DNA of 47,390 nt, from NCBI GenBank assembly GCA_963924785.1, contig CAWUTK010000076.1, positions 1 through 47,390 of the forward strand. Reading direction: 5' to 3'. The stretch comes from an uncultured Opitutales bacterium. GTDB lineage: Bacteria; Verrucomicrobiota; Verrucomicrobiia; Opitutales; CAJWYM01. A program made the position numbers and the translations under genes. Of the stretch, positions 8,398-18,479 are shown piece after piece. The notes below the pieces were generated by a model. It did not search any database and was not told the DNA's origin. It was given only the letters and a program-made list of their open reading frames with translations. Position 1 is the first letter of the stretch; the number at the start of each line of letters is the position of its first letter.

Positions 8398-9379
8398 GTC
8401 TCAAATTGTAGCTTTTAAGGAAACTTTTCTTCAGGCAGTAGAAACACTTAAGGGAAAGAAGGTCGCCGTCATGGGGCATCAGCGTCCAGATGGAGATAGC
8501 TTTGGTTCACAGATTGCATTAGTTCGTTGCCTAAGAGAACTTGGGGTGGATGCAGTTGGGTTAAGTGAAGATCCTTTGCCTGGGCGGATAAGTTGCTTTA
8601 CTGGCGATACCCCCTATTATTTTACAAAAGATTTTGATCATAGTGGCTATGGAATAGTGACCGTTGATTCTGCAGAGATTACTCGTATTGGTGAACTCGG
8701 AAAGACAGATGGCTTCGAGGTGTTGCTTAATATTGACCACCATATTTCAAATCAGGGTTATGCGAAATTTAACATTGTTGTTCCGGATGCTGCTGCGACG
8801 TGTGAAGTTTTGGCAACTTTGTTTTTGGAATTAGATTTACTCGTTGATCCGACTATGGCGGAGGCTCTTTATCTGGGTGTGAATACTGATACGGGTCGCT
8901 TTAAGTATAGTTCCACGTCGGAAAATGTTTTCCGGATTTGTGCTGATTTATGTAAGTGTGGTGCCAATATTGCCCACGTATCTAGAGCACTGTATGGCCA
9001 GTTTACTTTTAACCGTTTTCAATTACTAACGAGATTTCTTCAAAGTATTCAGTTAAACAAAGCGGGGAATGTTGGTGTTGGTGTTTTAACATTTAAGGAT
9101 TATGAAGAAACGGAAACCGTTCGGAATCAGACCGAAGGCTTTGTTGAATATGTCCGCTCGATAAAGGGTGTCGCGGTCGCGGTTTTTATTGAAAAGAATG
9201 AGAACAGCTATAAGTCGAGCTTGCGATCTCTTGATGGAGGCGTGCGCGTTGATTTAGTTGCCGCACAATTTGGAGGCGGCGGGCATAAAACTGCTGCGGG
9301 TCTGAGTATTGATAATTATGACGCGGGTAGGGACTTTAAAGTAGACTTAATTGCAGCAATCGAAAAAAAATTAAATTAG
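8387..9379 (+). CDS. nrnA: DHH/DHHA1 phosphoesterase, NrnA-like oligoribonuclease / pAp phosphatase
   Basis: GHQRPDGDSFGS, VDSAE, NIDHHISN, DTGRFKY and the C-terminal GGGGHKTAAG (DHHA1) motifs. Overlaps rbfA by 11 nt. Confidence 0.85.
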   Translation: MKIKSQIVAFKETFLQAVETLKGKKVAVMGHQRPDGDSFGSQIALVRCLRELGVDAVGLSEDPLPGRISCFTGDTPYYFTKDFDHSGYGIVTVDSAEITRIGELGKTDGFEVLLNIDHHISNQGYAKFNIVVPDAAATCEVLATLFLELDLLVDPTMAEALYLGVNTDTGRFKYSSTSENVFRICADLCKCGANIAHVSRALYGQFTFNRFQLLTRFLQSIQLNKAGNVGVGVLTFKDYEETETVRNQTEGFVEYVRSIKGVAVAVFIEKNENSYKSSLRSLDGGVRVDLVAAQFGGGGHKTAAGLSIDNYDAGRDFKVDLIAAIEKKLN

Positions 9380-9386
9380 TATTTAA

Positions 9387-10115
9387 ATGAGAGATCAAGG
9401 AAAGGGAGATTTTGAAGGAATTTTGTTGATAGACAAATCAATGGGTTGTACGTCACATGATGTCGTTGATCGCGTGAGAAGAGTTTTGAAAATGAAGCGA
9501 ATTGGCCATGCCGGAACATTGGATCCTATGGCAACAGGGCTGTTGGTAATTCTTGTTGGTAAAGCGACAAAAGCGTCTCAGTATTTAATGAGTTTAGATA
9601 AGAAATATGAAGGGAATATTTTTTTAGGAAAATCTACCGACACTCAAGATGCGGAAGGGAAGGTTTTAGAAGAAAAGCCAGTTCCGGAATTATCGGAAGA
9701 GAAGCTTGTTGAATTAATGAATGAGTTTAAGGGGGATCAATATCAGACACCTCCTATGTTTTCTGCAAAAAAAATTAATGGACAGCCTTTGTATAAATTA
9801 GCTCGTAAGGGGAAGACGATAGAAAGAGAAGCGAGGGTTGTTCATATCGCGAACTTTAAAATTTCGGAAATGGGCCTTCCTGAATTTGGGTTCATGGTTT
9901 CTTGCAGCAAAGGCACTTATGTGCGGACATTAGCGAATGATTTAGGTGATAAGATTGGTTGTGGCGCTCATTTGAGTGCGTTGAGAAGGACGGAAATAGG
10001 GAAGTTTTCTGTTGCCAATTCAGTGACAACAGATCGGCTAAAGGAAATGACTCATAAGGAAATTGAAGATCATTTGATTCCCGTTCATCAGGCCGTTCAG
10101 GGCTTGGTGTTATAA
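9387..10115 (+). CDS. truB: tRNA pseudouridine(55) synthase
   Basis: [17 protein letters not shown], catalytic-Asp motif [38 protein letters not shown]. Confidence 0.93.
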   Translation: MRDQGKGDFEGILLIDKSMGCTSHDVVDRVRRVLKMKRIGHAGTLDPMATGLLVILVGKATKASQYLMSLDKKYEGNIFLGKSTDTQDAEGKVLEEKPVPELSEEKLVELMNEFKGDQYQTPPMFSAKKINGQPLYKLARKGKTIEREARVVHIANFKISEMGLPEFGFMVSCSKGTYVRTLANDLGDKIGCGAHLSALRRTEIGKFSVANSVTTDRLKEMTHKEIEDHLIPVHQAVQGLVL

Positions 10116-10171
10116 TTTAATAGGATACGTATAACTTATCTTATTATGCAAAAGGGTCCTTTTTGTAGGGA

Positions 10172-12229
10172 ATGATAAGTATATTAGATGAAACGAATGC
10201 AGTTCCTTTATTTCCACTTGTTAAAGGAATTAACCAGATTTTTAAAGAACAAGGGTTTTTAAAACAGGCTTTAGGATTAGATTATCGGGAGCAGCAACAT
10301 GCGATGGCATTGAGTGTTGCTGAGTCAATGATAACAGATACGCCATTGTTATTTGAGGCCGGGACAGGAGTTGGTAAAAGCTTAGCGTATTTGATACCGG
10401 GGCTTATTATGGGCATAGAAAGTAAGCGACCGTTTATTGTGTCTTCACATACGATTGCCCTACAGGAACAAATTCTTCAAAATGATTTACCGATGTGCCG
10501 TTCATTATTTGAAGGCATTGAAACCTTGAATAAATATATTGCTTTTAAAACTGCTTTACTGATTGGAAAAGGTAATTACCTCTGTAATTATCGCTTAGAT
10601 AAAGCTTTTAGTTCTCAAGCGGAACTGTTTCCAACAGAGGAGCAAAAGGAATTGGAAAGAATAGCTGATTGGGCTGAGCGGTCCAAGGATGGCATTCGAC
10701 AAGAATTAAATCCAATGCCGCGACCTGAAGTCTGGGAGTGGGTCACGGCTGATAATGCAGCTTGTAAAAAGGGTAACTGTAATCCACAGACATGCTTTTA
10801 TCGTAAGGCCCGAGCAAAAATTGAATCGGCCAATTTGATTATTATTAATCATAGTTTGCTGTTTTCATTTATTAATGCTGGAGCTATCCCAGGGTCTAAT
10901 ATTCCGGGGATTTTGTTTCCACATGATTTCCTTGTTTTAGATGAAGCTCATACCGTTCCTTCTATTGCAACGAAGCATCTAGGTATGAGAGTGAGTTCTT
11001 ATGCATTAGAGTTTGCTTTGAAAATGCTTTATAATCCGTTGAAGAGAAAAGGGCTTTTTTCAAAGCGGTCAATGTCGTCAGATAGAGAACTCGTGGTGGA
11101 TGCATTGAACGGTTGTTCTGAATTTTTTAGTCACTTGAGGGGCGAGTTCTTGAATGTGAAAGATGTTTTTCGGGTTACCCAAAAGGGGTTTGTCGATACA
11201 TCAGTAATTGTTCCTCTCCGACGCTTAACTGATCGCTTAACAATGCTTTGTCAGCAGGAGCAAAACACGAAACGGCAGGAAGATTTGGAGGGTTTTTCAG
11301 ATCGGATTAAAAGTTATGCGAATAGTATTACTTTGTTTATAGAGCAAAGTGAGGAAGATCATGTTTATTGGTTAGAGTCTAGTGGCAAAACAAAACAAAT
11401 TGTAAATTTGCAAACGGCACCGATTGATGTAGCTCCCTATATTCGGAAATATATATTCAATGCTCAGACAAGTTCCGTTTTTACAAGTGCAACATTGTCT
11501 ATCAATGAAAACCCGCAGAATTTTAGAGAAAAATGTGGTGCTGAAAATGAGATGTTTTTATTGGAAAACTCTCCTTTCGACTATGAGAATCACACGAATA
11601 TTTATGTCGTAGAAGATGCACCGAGTTTTGAGTACGATAAGCAAAGTAAGTTACACGAATATTTTGCTGATTACATACAGTTTTGTGCTTCGATGTCAGA
11701 GGGTGGGTTGTTGGTTTTGTTTACCAGTTATGCGGAAATGAAGAAAACGGCTTTATTGAACCGGACATCTGTCCGGATTGAGGGACGGAAGATATTAGTG
11801 CAAGGTGAAGGTATTCCACGTTCAGAAATGTTGAAAATGTTCAAAGATGACGGGAATGCGGTATTGTTTGGCACAGATAGTTTTGGAACCGGAGTTGATA
11901 TTCCGGGGAAGGCATTATCTCAGGTGATTTTAACACGGCTCCCTTTTGAAAATCCGAGTCACCCTATTAGCCAGGCAAGGAGTGAATGGGTGAGCGAAAG
12001 AGGCGGCAGTCCATTTGTTGATATAATGCTTCCTGATGCTATTATTAAATTTAGGCAAGGGGTTGGCCGCCTGATTCGTAAAACTAACGATAAGGGGGCT
12101 ATAACGGTTCTTGATTCGAGGATATTAAAGAAGGAGTACGGGCGGCAGTTTTTGGGGGCATTGCCAAAAACTTTATTTACAAAAATGTCAAAAGCTACTA
12201 GAACTAAATTGTTTACGATTCCTAAGTAA
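10172..12229 (+). CDS. dinG: DinG/Rad3-family ATP-dependent DNA helicase (Fe-S type)
   Basis: Walker A EAGTGVGKSLAYLIP, DEAH box (LVLDEAHTV), four Cys between them (YLCNY, AACKKGNCNPQTCFY) as in Fe-S helicases, and C-terminal motifs LFGTDSFGTGVDIPG and RQGVGRLIR. Confidence 0.85.
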   Translation: MISILDETNAVPLFPLVKGINQIFKEQGFLKQALGLDYREQQHAMALSVAESMITDTPLLFEAGTGVGKSLAYLIPGLIMGIESKRPFIVSSHTIALQEQILQNDLPMCRSLFEGIETLNKYIAFKTALLIGKGNYLCNYRLDKAFSSQAELFPTEEQKELERIADWAERSKDGIRQELNPMPRPEVWEWVTADNAACKKGNCNPQTCFYRKARAKIESANLIIINHSLLFSFINAGAIPGSNIPGILFPHDFLVLDEAHTVPSIATKHLGMRVSSYALEFALKMLYNPLKRKGLFSKRSMSSDRELVVDALNGCSEFFSHLRGEFLNVKDVFRVTQKGFVDTSVIVPLRRLTDRLTMLCQQEQNTKRQEDLEGFSDRIKSYANSITLFIEQSEEDHVYWLESSGKTKQIVNLQTAPIDVAPYIRKYIFNAQTSSVFTSATLSINENPQNFREKCGAENEMFLLENSPFDYENHTNIYVVEDAPSFEYDKQSKLHEYFADYIQFCASMSEGGLLVLFTSYAEMKKTALLNRTSVRIEGRKILVQGEGIPRSEMLKMFKDDGNAVLFGTDSFGTGVDIPGKALSQVILTRLPFENPSHPISQARSEWVSERGGSPFVDIMLPDAIIKFRQGVGRLIRKTNDKGAITVLDSRILKKEYGRQFLGALPKTLFTKMSKATRTKLFTIPK

Positions 12230-12259
12230 TAGGATTCTGTAATCAACTCTACTCTTATT

Positions 12260-12979
12260 ATGCAAATTTGGTCTTATGGCTATACCGACAAAGGTCCCGT
12301 TCGAGAGAAAAATGAGGACAGCTTTCTTGTGGATGATCAACAGTTTATTTATGCTGTAGCAGACGGGATAGGTGGCCTTCCATATGGAAAACTTGCGAGT
12401 CATTTATCTACTAATTTTTTGCAAATTTATACAAAAGGAGCCGGTGTTGGTGGTGTTTGGCCAGATTTGAGCAGGGTTATGCCATTGATTAATCAGGCGG
12501 TTTCGAAAACAGGGGAGCTTGTCAGCCCTTTGGAGGGGATTGGTTCTACATTAACCATCGTTAGTATTAGAGGTAATAGTGTTTTTGTCGGTCACGTAGG
12601 AGACTCAGCCGCATTTCTGTTTAAGCATTCAGGTGAATTTTATAAATTGACCAAAGACCAAACAATGGAGCAGGAAATATTAGACAACGCTGAACCCGGT
12701 GAAGTTATCGATATTCCAGAAGAGTATCACCATACCCTGACAAGCTGTATGGGAATTCCTGATATGTGTAATCCTTTTTTCAATGTGGAGGAATTAGAAC
12801 CCGGGGATAAGTTATTAATTTGTTCCGATGGCGTGACCAATGTTTTAACAAAAGAAGACATGCACGCTATTTTATATCCAGCGGATGATGTCGAAACTTG
12901 CACCAAGCAAATAGTGGAATTGTCTATTGAAAAAGGCACTCAAGATAATGCCACTGCGGTATGCATTATGGTGCAATGA
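12260..12979 (+). CDS. PP2C-family Ser/Thr protein phosphatase
   Basis: GPVREKNEDSF, AVADGIGG, GSTLT, VGDS, LLICSDGV and the C-terminal GTQDNATAV are PPM/PP2C motifs. Ends with TGA. Confidence 0.85.
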   Translation: MQIWSYGYTDKGPVREKNEDSFLVDDQQFIYAVADGIGGLPYGKLASHLSTNFLQIYTKGAGVGGVWPDLSRVMPLINQAVSKTGELVSPLEGIGSTLTIVSIRGNSVFVGHVGDSAAFLFKHSGEFYKLTKDQTMEQEILDNAEPGEVIDIPEEYHHTLTSCMGIPDMCNPFFNVEELEPGDKLLICSDGVTNVLTKEDMHAILYPADDVETCTKQIVELSIEKGTQDNATAVCIMVQ

Positions 12980-13158
12980 TTTTTGCGCTATATAATTGAA
13001 ACCTGTTGCTCCTCTACGAGTTAATTCACCATGACAATTGAAATGTTTGGATTGAAAATATCGGTTTTTAGCTGATAATACCGCTTGCATAAATAAAGAA
13101 AATAAATAGATTATATACCAATACCCTAATCTTAGAAACCGCAAATCATTATCTTTCA

Positions 13159-14172
13159 ATGACTAAAGAAGAAATTATTCAAAGCAGTATAACCGAACAC
13201 GATCTTAAATTTCCTGATAAGGTTAAGGAAAAAGTGCAAGATGTGATATTGGACTGTATGAATGAATTTGTTGCGGAAGAAAACAATTCATTTGAAGACG
13301 CTATTGCCGCTTTAAAAACGAAGATAGAAGCAAGTGTTTCTGATAAACCAGGTTTGGTTGCGATTAAAGAAGAAATTAAGAAGTTAGAGATTTTATTTGA
13401 GGCGGGATCACAGGCTGATAGAGATAGTGTCATTCAGGGCAATATCGCGAAACATGATTTTAAATTTTCCGATAAGGTAAAGGATAAGGTTCATACGGTT
13501 ATAAATGATTGTTTAGATACTTATATTGGTGAGGAAAAGCAGTTGTTGGAAGGTGGAATGGTAACCCTAACGAATTTTTATAAAGAAACGCTTGCGAAGG
13601 TGGAAGGAGCAGCCCCCGTCTCAGAAGCTGTAGTTGCTGCTGAGGTTGCGGTGGAAAAGCCAGTTGAGGAAAATCTCGTTGTTAAGTCGGCACCAGAACC
13701 ATCATTAGATATTTCGGTGGAAGAGACACCTGGAAATGTTGAAGCTGATGAGTCGAATGAAAATGATGAAATGCTAGCAGTGTTAACCACTGAAGTGGCA
13801 ACGCTGAAAAAACAATTAGCTGCCGCTGCTGAAGCGCCTAAAAAAGATGGCGGAATGGATGCGAAATTAATGCAATTAGAAATTGATGATTTGAAGAATA
13901 AATTAGCTGCGGCAGGGGGGAAATCTCCTGTTGTTCCAGTTGCTGTTCCAGTTGCTGATACAGTAGCTTTGGATGAAGAGATTGCTTCGTTGAAGAATCA
14001 ATTAGCGGAGAAGGATAATGAAATTCTTGCCCTTAAAGGCCATCAGGAATCTTCAGTCGAAGAAAATGGCGTTAAAGAAGATGCGAATGAGATGGATGTT
14101 GAGGCTTCTACTACAAGCAAAAACATCATTACGTTGGAAGATCTTCTTCAGAAAGAAAAGAAGGCCGTTTAG
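13159..14172 (+). CDS. Acidic repeat-containing coiled-coil protein, function unknown
   Basis: 337-aa ORF. An internal duplication of about 36 aa lies 85 aa apart (IIQSSITEHDLKFPDKVKEKVQDVILDC... and VIQGNIAKHDFKFSDKVKDKVHTVINDC...). The C-terminal half is Ala/Glu/Val-rich with three LK(K/N)(Q/K)LA repeats. Confidence 0.6.
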   Translation: MTKEEIIQSSITEHDLKFPDKVKEKVQDVILDCMNEFVAEENNSFEDAIAALKTKIEASVSDKPGLVAIKEEIKKLEILFEAGSQADRDSVIQGNIAKHDFKFSDKVKDKVHTVINDCLDTYIGEEKQLLEGGMVTLTNFYKETLAKVEGAAPVSEAVVAAEVAVEKPVEENLVVKSAPEPSLDISVEETPGNVEADESNENDEMLAVLTTEVATLKKQLAAAAEAPKKDGGMDAKLMQLEIDDLKNKLAAAGGKSPVVPVAVPVADTVALDEEIASLKNQLAEKDNEILALKGHQESSVEENGVKEDANEMDVEASTTSKNIITLEDLLQKEKKAV

Positions 14173-14975
14173 TTTTTATTTCGCACTGCCTCGTAGAGGT
14201 AGATTGATGCGGCAGATGCCAAGTTGAGAGAATCAACATTGGGCTTGATCGGGATTTTGGTTTTTTCAATCCCATTGGCATTTAACCAGAAGTCGCTAAC
14301 GCCTAAATTTTCACTTCCGAAAACTAAAGCTAATGGGGCTTGAAGATTAGAGTTCCAAATGGTTTCTTTTGCACTGGGTGTTGTGACCGAAATATTAAAG
14401 TGATTTTCTACTAAAAATGTTAACAAGGGTTCGTTATTAGTGGAAATTAGATTACTTGAAAAAACTAAACCCTGTGAGGCGCGTATGACATTGGGGTTGA
14501 AAAAATCTATATTGTTTTCAGTGCAAATGATTGCATTTGCTCCTAATCCTTTACTGACTCGTAAAATCGCACCAAGGTTGCCGGGCTTTTCGATGTTTTC
14601 TAATACAAGAAAGATCGGCTGTTTTTCCTTAGTCAGTTCATCTAATGACTGTTCCCATTTTTGAGAAACGGCAATGATGCCATCTGGGTTTTCTCGATAA
14701 GCACATTTCTCAAATACATCAGGGCCTAGCTCGATAATAGGAATCGAAGAGTTACTGATTTTTAAATGAAGGCTTTTCGCCTCTTTGCTTTTTATGAAAT
14801 CTTCACAAATAAAGTACTCACAAATCGGGACATTGGCATCAAGTGCAGCATTTATTTCTCTTATTCCCTCAATGAGGAATTTTTCTTGAGTGTCTCTATG
14901 TTTGCGTTCTCTGAGTTTAACTAACTGCTTAACTTTAGGATTTTGCTTACTGTTAATCCTATTGTCCATTATCAA
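14169..14975 (-). CDS. TrmH/SpoU-family RNA 2'-O-methyltransferase (RlmB-like)
   Basis: LVLENIEKPGNLGAILRVSKGLGANAII, LVFGSENLGVS and LNLASAASIYLYE are SpoU methylase motifs 1-3, with an N-terminal substrate-binding domain. Confidence 0.85.
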   Translation of the reverse strand: MIMDNRINSKQNPKVKQLVKLRERKHRDTQEKFLIEGIREINAALDANVPICEYFICEDFIKSKEAKSLHLKISNSSIPIIELGPDVFEKCAYRENPDGIIAVSQKWEQSLDELTKEKQPIFLVLENIEKPGNLGAILRVSKGLGANAIICTENNIDFFNPNVIRASQGLVFSSNLISTNNEPLLTFLVENHFNISVTTPSAKETIWNSNLQAPLALVFGSENLGVSDFWLNANGIEKTKIPIKPNVDSLNLASAASIYLYEAVRNKN

Positions 14976-16269
14976 AAATACGTAAAAGGACAGGTTCTTC
15001 TAGGCAGCTTGGAAGCGCATTGATTGCTTTGATCACCTTATCAATAGAAGCTTCGTTTGTTTCATGAGTCGTTAAAATGATTGATGCAATGTTTTTATTT
15101 GGCACTTCATCCTGGAGAACGGTTGCAATACTGATGTCGTGATCTGCCATGGCGTTTGTTATTTCAGCTAACACGCCAGATTGATCTTTAACGATTAGTC
15201 GCATGTAAAATGTACCTGTGATTTTATCGAGGGTAGCAATCCGAAGGTTGTCTTCGGTTGAAGGACTGTGAGTCCATTTTGGTGCCCCTTGTAGAATTTT
15301 TATGGCATCACAAATATCGCTTATCACTGAACTCGATGTTGGATCTTGGCCAGCTCCGCGGCCTATTAAAACAGAATTTCCAACAACATCGCCTGTTATG
15401 CTGATGCCATTAAACACATCATCAACATTCGCGAGGGTTTCATTGGTTGAAATGAGTGACGGATAAACACTGACCGATAAAAGATTTTCTTCAGTGTTAA
15501 GAGTGATTTTGGCTAGGAGTTTAATTTTGAAACCTAGTCGCCTCGCTGCGTCAATATCGTTTGTCGTAATGCTACGAATACCCTCTGTTACCATGTCATC
15601 AATGCTAACCCATTTGTTATGGGCAAGGTAGGCGATGATTGCCGTTTTATGTGCGGCATCAATACCGTCAAGATCGAGAGCTTCGTCTGCTTCAACGTAA
15701 CCAAGAGCCCGAGCTTCTTTTAGTATTTCTTCAAATGGTAAACCTTCTTTCTCCATTCGAGTGAGAATGTAGTTTGATGTGCCATTGAGAATTCCAACGA
15801 CAGACAAGATATTATTAGCGAGTAAGCTTTCTCTTAAAACTTTAATAATGGGGATTCCTCCAGCAACACTGGCTTCAAAGAAATATTCGGTATCGTTTTC
15901 TTGCGCAACGGCGAAAAGTTCAGCGCCGTGATCACAAATGAGAGCCTTGTTTGCTGTGACGACAATTTTCCCATTTCGTAGAGCTTGCAGTGTTAAATCT
16001 TTTGCGAGGGTTGTTCCGCCGATTAGTTCACAGATAATATCAATGCTAGGATCATTAACGATGCTGGCTGGATCATCGGTGAGTTTGTCGCTTGGAATTT
16101 CAATGTCTCTTGATTTTCCTAAATCTTTAACGGCTGCCTTAACTATTTCAACCGTGACCCCGAGTTCTTTTTTAAGGGCGGCTTCGTGGTTTTTGATGTT
16201 TTTCCAAACACCTTGACCAACTACGCCAAAGCCGAGAATACCTAGTTTAATTATTTTTGTTTCACTCAT
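14959..16269 (-). CDS. hom: Homoserine dehydrogenase with C-terminal ACT domain
   Basis: GILGFGVVGQGV Rossmann motif, VVTANKAL, GGIPII, ILNGTSNYILT, GYVEADEALDLDGIDAAHK, and an ACT-like C-terminus. Overlaps plsY by 4 nt (ATGA). Confidence 0.92.
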   Translation of the reverse strand: MSETKIIKLGILGFGVVGQGVWKNIKNHEAALKKELGVTVEIVKAAVKDLGKSRDIEIPSDKLTDDPASIVNDPSIDIICELIGGTTLAKDLTLQALRNGKIVVTANKALICDHGAELFAVAQENDTEYFFEASVAGGIPIIKVLRESLLANNILSVVGILNGTSNYILTRMEKEGLPFEEILKEARALGYVEADEALDLDGIDAAHKTAIIAYLAHNKWVSIDDMVTEGIRSITTNDIDAARRLGFKIKLLAKITLNTEENLLSVSVYPSLISTNETLANVDDVFNGISITGDVVGNSVLIGRGAGQDPTSSSVISDICDAIKILQGAPKWTHSPSTEDNLRIATLDKITGTFYMRLIVKDQSGVLAEITNAMADHDISIATVLQDEVPNKNIASIILTTHETNEASIDKVIKAINALPSCLEEPVLLRIFDNGQ

Positions 16270-16889
16270 TTGAACTGTGTTTCTTTGCCTTTAATTAAGC
16301 GTTGGATATTGCTTAAATGCCGGACTGTGATTAAGATCGCTAGTGCTAATGCGAATAAAAATTGCTGATTGTTAATTGCGGCGAATTCGGTTTGCTGAAG
16401 GGTGTATGCAATAAGGGGTAAGCTGATTCCGAAGACTAACGAGGCAATGGAAACAATCTTACTAGAGTAGTATACTATAAGCCAAACAAGAATGCCTCCT
16501 AATAAAACAGTTGGCATGATGGCGATTAATCCACCTATTGTTGTCGCAACCCCTTTTCCGCCTTTGAATTTTAAAAACATTGAGAAACTATGTCCCATGA
16601 TTGCCGAACTTAACCCCACAATAGCGAGGATTGTAGCACTGTTACTAGGATTAGTAAAAGCATACATCGGAATGATTGCGGCAAGGAAGCCTTTAAGGAA
16701 ATCTAAAAAGAAAACTAAGTTTCCTGCATTCTTGCCAATTACACGTTTAACGTTTGTTGCCCCTGGGTTGCCTGACCCTTCTTTTAGAATATTAATTCCA
16801 TGCTTTTTTGCTATTAATACAGCAAAGGAAATGGATCCCAATAAATATCCAAGAAGGATAACCAGGCTGTATTCTACGGTAGGGTTCAT
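16266..16889 (-). CDS. plsY: Glycerol-3-phosphate acyltransferase PlsY
   Basis: LLGSISFAVLIAK, SGNPGATNVKRV and KGGKGVATTIG are diagnostic PlsY motifs. Polytopic membrane protein of 207 aa. Confidence 0.92.
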   Translation of the reverse strand: MNPTVEYSLVILLGYLLGSISFAVLIAKKHGINILKEGSGNPGATNVKRVIGKNAGNLVFFLDFLKGFLAAIIPMYAFTNPSNSATILAIVGLSSAIMGHSFSMFLKFKGGKGVATTIGGLIAIMPTVLLGGILVWLIVYYSSKIVSIASLVFGISLPLIAYTLQQTEFAAINNQQFLFALALAILITVRHLSNIQRLIKGKETQFK

Positions 16890-16892
16890 TGT

Positions 16893-18479
16893 TTAGAATT
16901 GAACTATTTTAACCGCTTTAATGTTTTCGTGTGCTTTAATTTCTTCAGTAATAGCATCTGCAGGAACGCTATCCATTTCATAGACCGATAGGGCTGTTTC
17001 TGCATCATTATTGCGACTGACGGACATGTTCGCGATGTTGACTTTCGCATTTCCTAAAAGTGTTCCAAGGTACCCAATCATGCCTGGAGTATCTTTGTTT
17101 TCTAGAATCATCAAATTACTGGCAGGATTGATTTCAATATCAAGGCCCTTTAGTTCAACAATGCGAGGTTTATCATTACCCATCAAACTTCCAGAAATAG
17201 TGCAAGATTTGCCATTCGAGTAAAAGGCTTCGACTTTAATTAATTGAGCGTAATCAATTTCAGAATTTGATTTGGTTGATTCAACTTCAATGCCCATTTG
17301 TTTTAATTTATAAGGAGCATTCACATCATTCACCATATCACCGCTGATGGCCTTCAAGTAACCTCGTTGTATGGAGCGTGTGAGAGGAATTGTATCAATT
17401 TCTCCAAGTGATCCCAAATATGTGATTTTTAGTTTAACCACTTGTTCTTCGGCAGTTTGCTGTAAGATGGTTCCTAGCTTTTCTCCTAAGCCCAAAAGAG
17501 GCCGAATGGTCTCTAATGTTTTTGCATCTACCGAAGGCATGTTGATTGCATTTTGAATTTTTCCGTGAAGCAGTGTATCTCTAATAGCTTCAGCAATTTC
17601 AAGACCCACATTATCTTGGGCTTCTCTTGTTGAAGCTCCAAGGTGCGGTGTTAAAACAATATTCGGAATTTTACGTAGTTCACTGTCTTCAGCCAAAGGT
17701 TCACTTTCATAAACATCAAGGCCAGCCGAGGCGACTTTCCCTGATTTTAAAGCTTCTATTAACGCACTCTCTTTGATGATACCACCACGTGCACAATTAA
17801 AAACGCGTACGCCATCTTTCATTATGGTGAACGCTTTCTCATCGATCATATAACGCGTTGTATCTGTAAGTGGCATGTGAACGGTAATATAATCTGCGCG
17901 TTTGAAGGCGTCTTCTAAATTCACTAGCTCAATGTCCATTTCGTGGGCACGTGCTTCTGTTACATAAGGATCATAGCCGAGAATAGTCATGCCAAACGCT
18001 TGAGCTCGCTTAGCGACTTCTCCGCCAATGCGGCCGAGACCGATAACGGCTAAAGATTTGCCTCTTAATTCGCTCCCTGAAAGCACTTTTCTGTCCCATC
18101 GACCTTCTGTCATAGAAGCGTTGGCCTGTGCAATAGGTCGCGTACCACATAGCATGTGAGTAAAGGTTAGTTCAGCTGTCGCGATGGTGTTTCCGCTAGG
18201 TGTGTTCATGACAATTACACCTTTCTCTGTAGAGGCATCAAGGTCGATATTATCGACCCCAACTCCTGCACGACCAATAACTTTAAGGTTATTGGCAGTA
18301 GACAAAGTATCAGCAGTGATTTTAGTGTCACTCCGAACTATAATTGCGGCTGCTTCTTTGGCCAGTTCTTTAACTTTTTCAGGTGAAGAGCCATAAGCTT
18401 CTATCACTTCGAAACCCTTTTGTTCCTTAAGTAAACTAACACCTGTGGCTGAGATCTTATCTGCGACTAAAATTTTCAT
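16893..18479 (-). CDS. serA: D-3-phosphoglycerate dehydrogenase (long form with ASB and ACT domains)
   Basis: MKILVADKIS, GIIGLGRIGGEVAKRA-type NAD site (AVIGLGRIGGEV), NCARGGI, LTPHLGAST. The 528-aa length and C-terminal ACT (PGMIGYLGTLLG) fit. Confidence 0.93.
   Translation of the reverse strand: MKILVADKISATGVSLLKEQKGFEVIEAYGSSPEKVKELAKEAAAIIVRSDTKITADTLSTANNLKVIGRAGVGVDNIDLDASTEKGVIVMNTPSGNTIATAELTFTHMLCGTRPIAQANASMTEGRWDRKVLSGSELRGKSLAVIGLGRIGGEVAKRAQAFGMTILGYDPYVTEARAHEMDIELVNLEDAFKRADYITVHMPLTDTTRYMIDEKAFTIMKDGVRVFNCARGGIIKESALIEALKSGKVASAGLDVYESEPLAEDSELRKIPNIVLTPHLGASTREAQDNVGLEIAEAIRDTLLHGKIQNAINMPSVDAKTLETIRPLLGLGEKLGTILQQTAEEQVVKLKITYLGSLGEIDTIPLTRSIQRGYLKAISGDMVNDVNAPYKLKQMGIEVESTKSNSEIDYAQLIKVEAFYSNGKSCTISGSLMGNDKPRIVELKGLDIEINPASNLMILENKDTPGMIGYLGTLLGNAKVNIANMSVSRNNDAETALSVYEMDSVPADAITEEIKAHENIKAVKIVQF

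Noticed and set aside
10139-10175. 14-mer TCTTATTATGCAAA shared by the dinG upstream region (10139..10152) and the PP2C start (12253..12266), plus a 9-codon uORF (10146..10175, MQKGPFCRE) ending in ATGA on the dinG start
   Set aside because: Several identical 14-mers are expected by chance in a 47-kb AT-rich sequence. The uORF is tiny, and nothing testable from this window alone supports it.
12872-13159. 95-aa minus-strand ORF spanning the PP2C 3' end and the following intergenic region
   Set aside because: It overlaps the well-supported PP2C gene on the opposite strand and has no motifs. The region more likely serves as promoter and leader for the 13159 gene.
16492-16896. 134-aa plus-strand ORF
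   Set aside because: It is antisense to plsY, which has diagnostic PlsY motifs, and it has no independent support.
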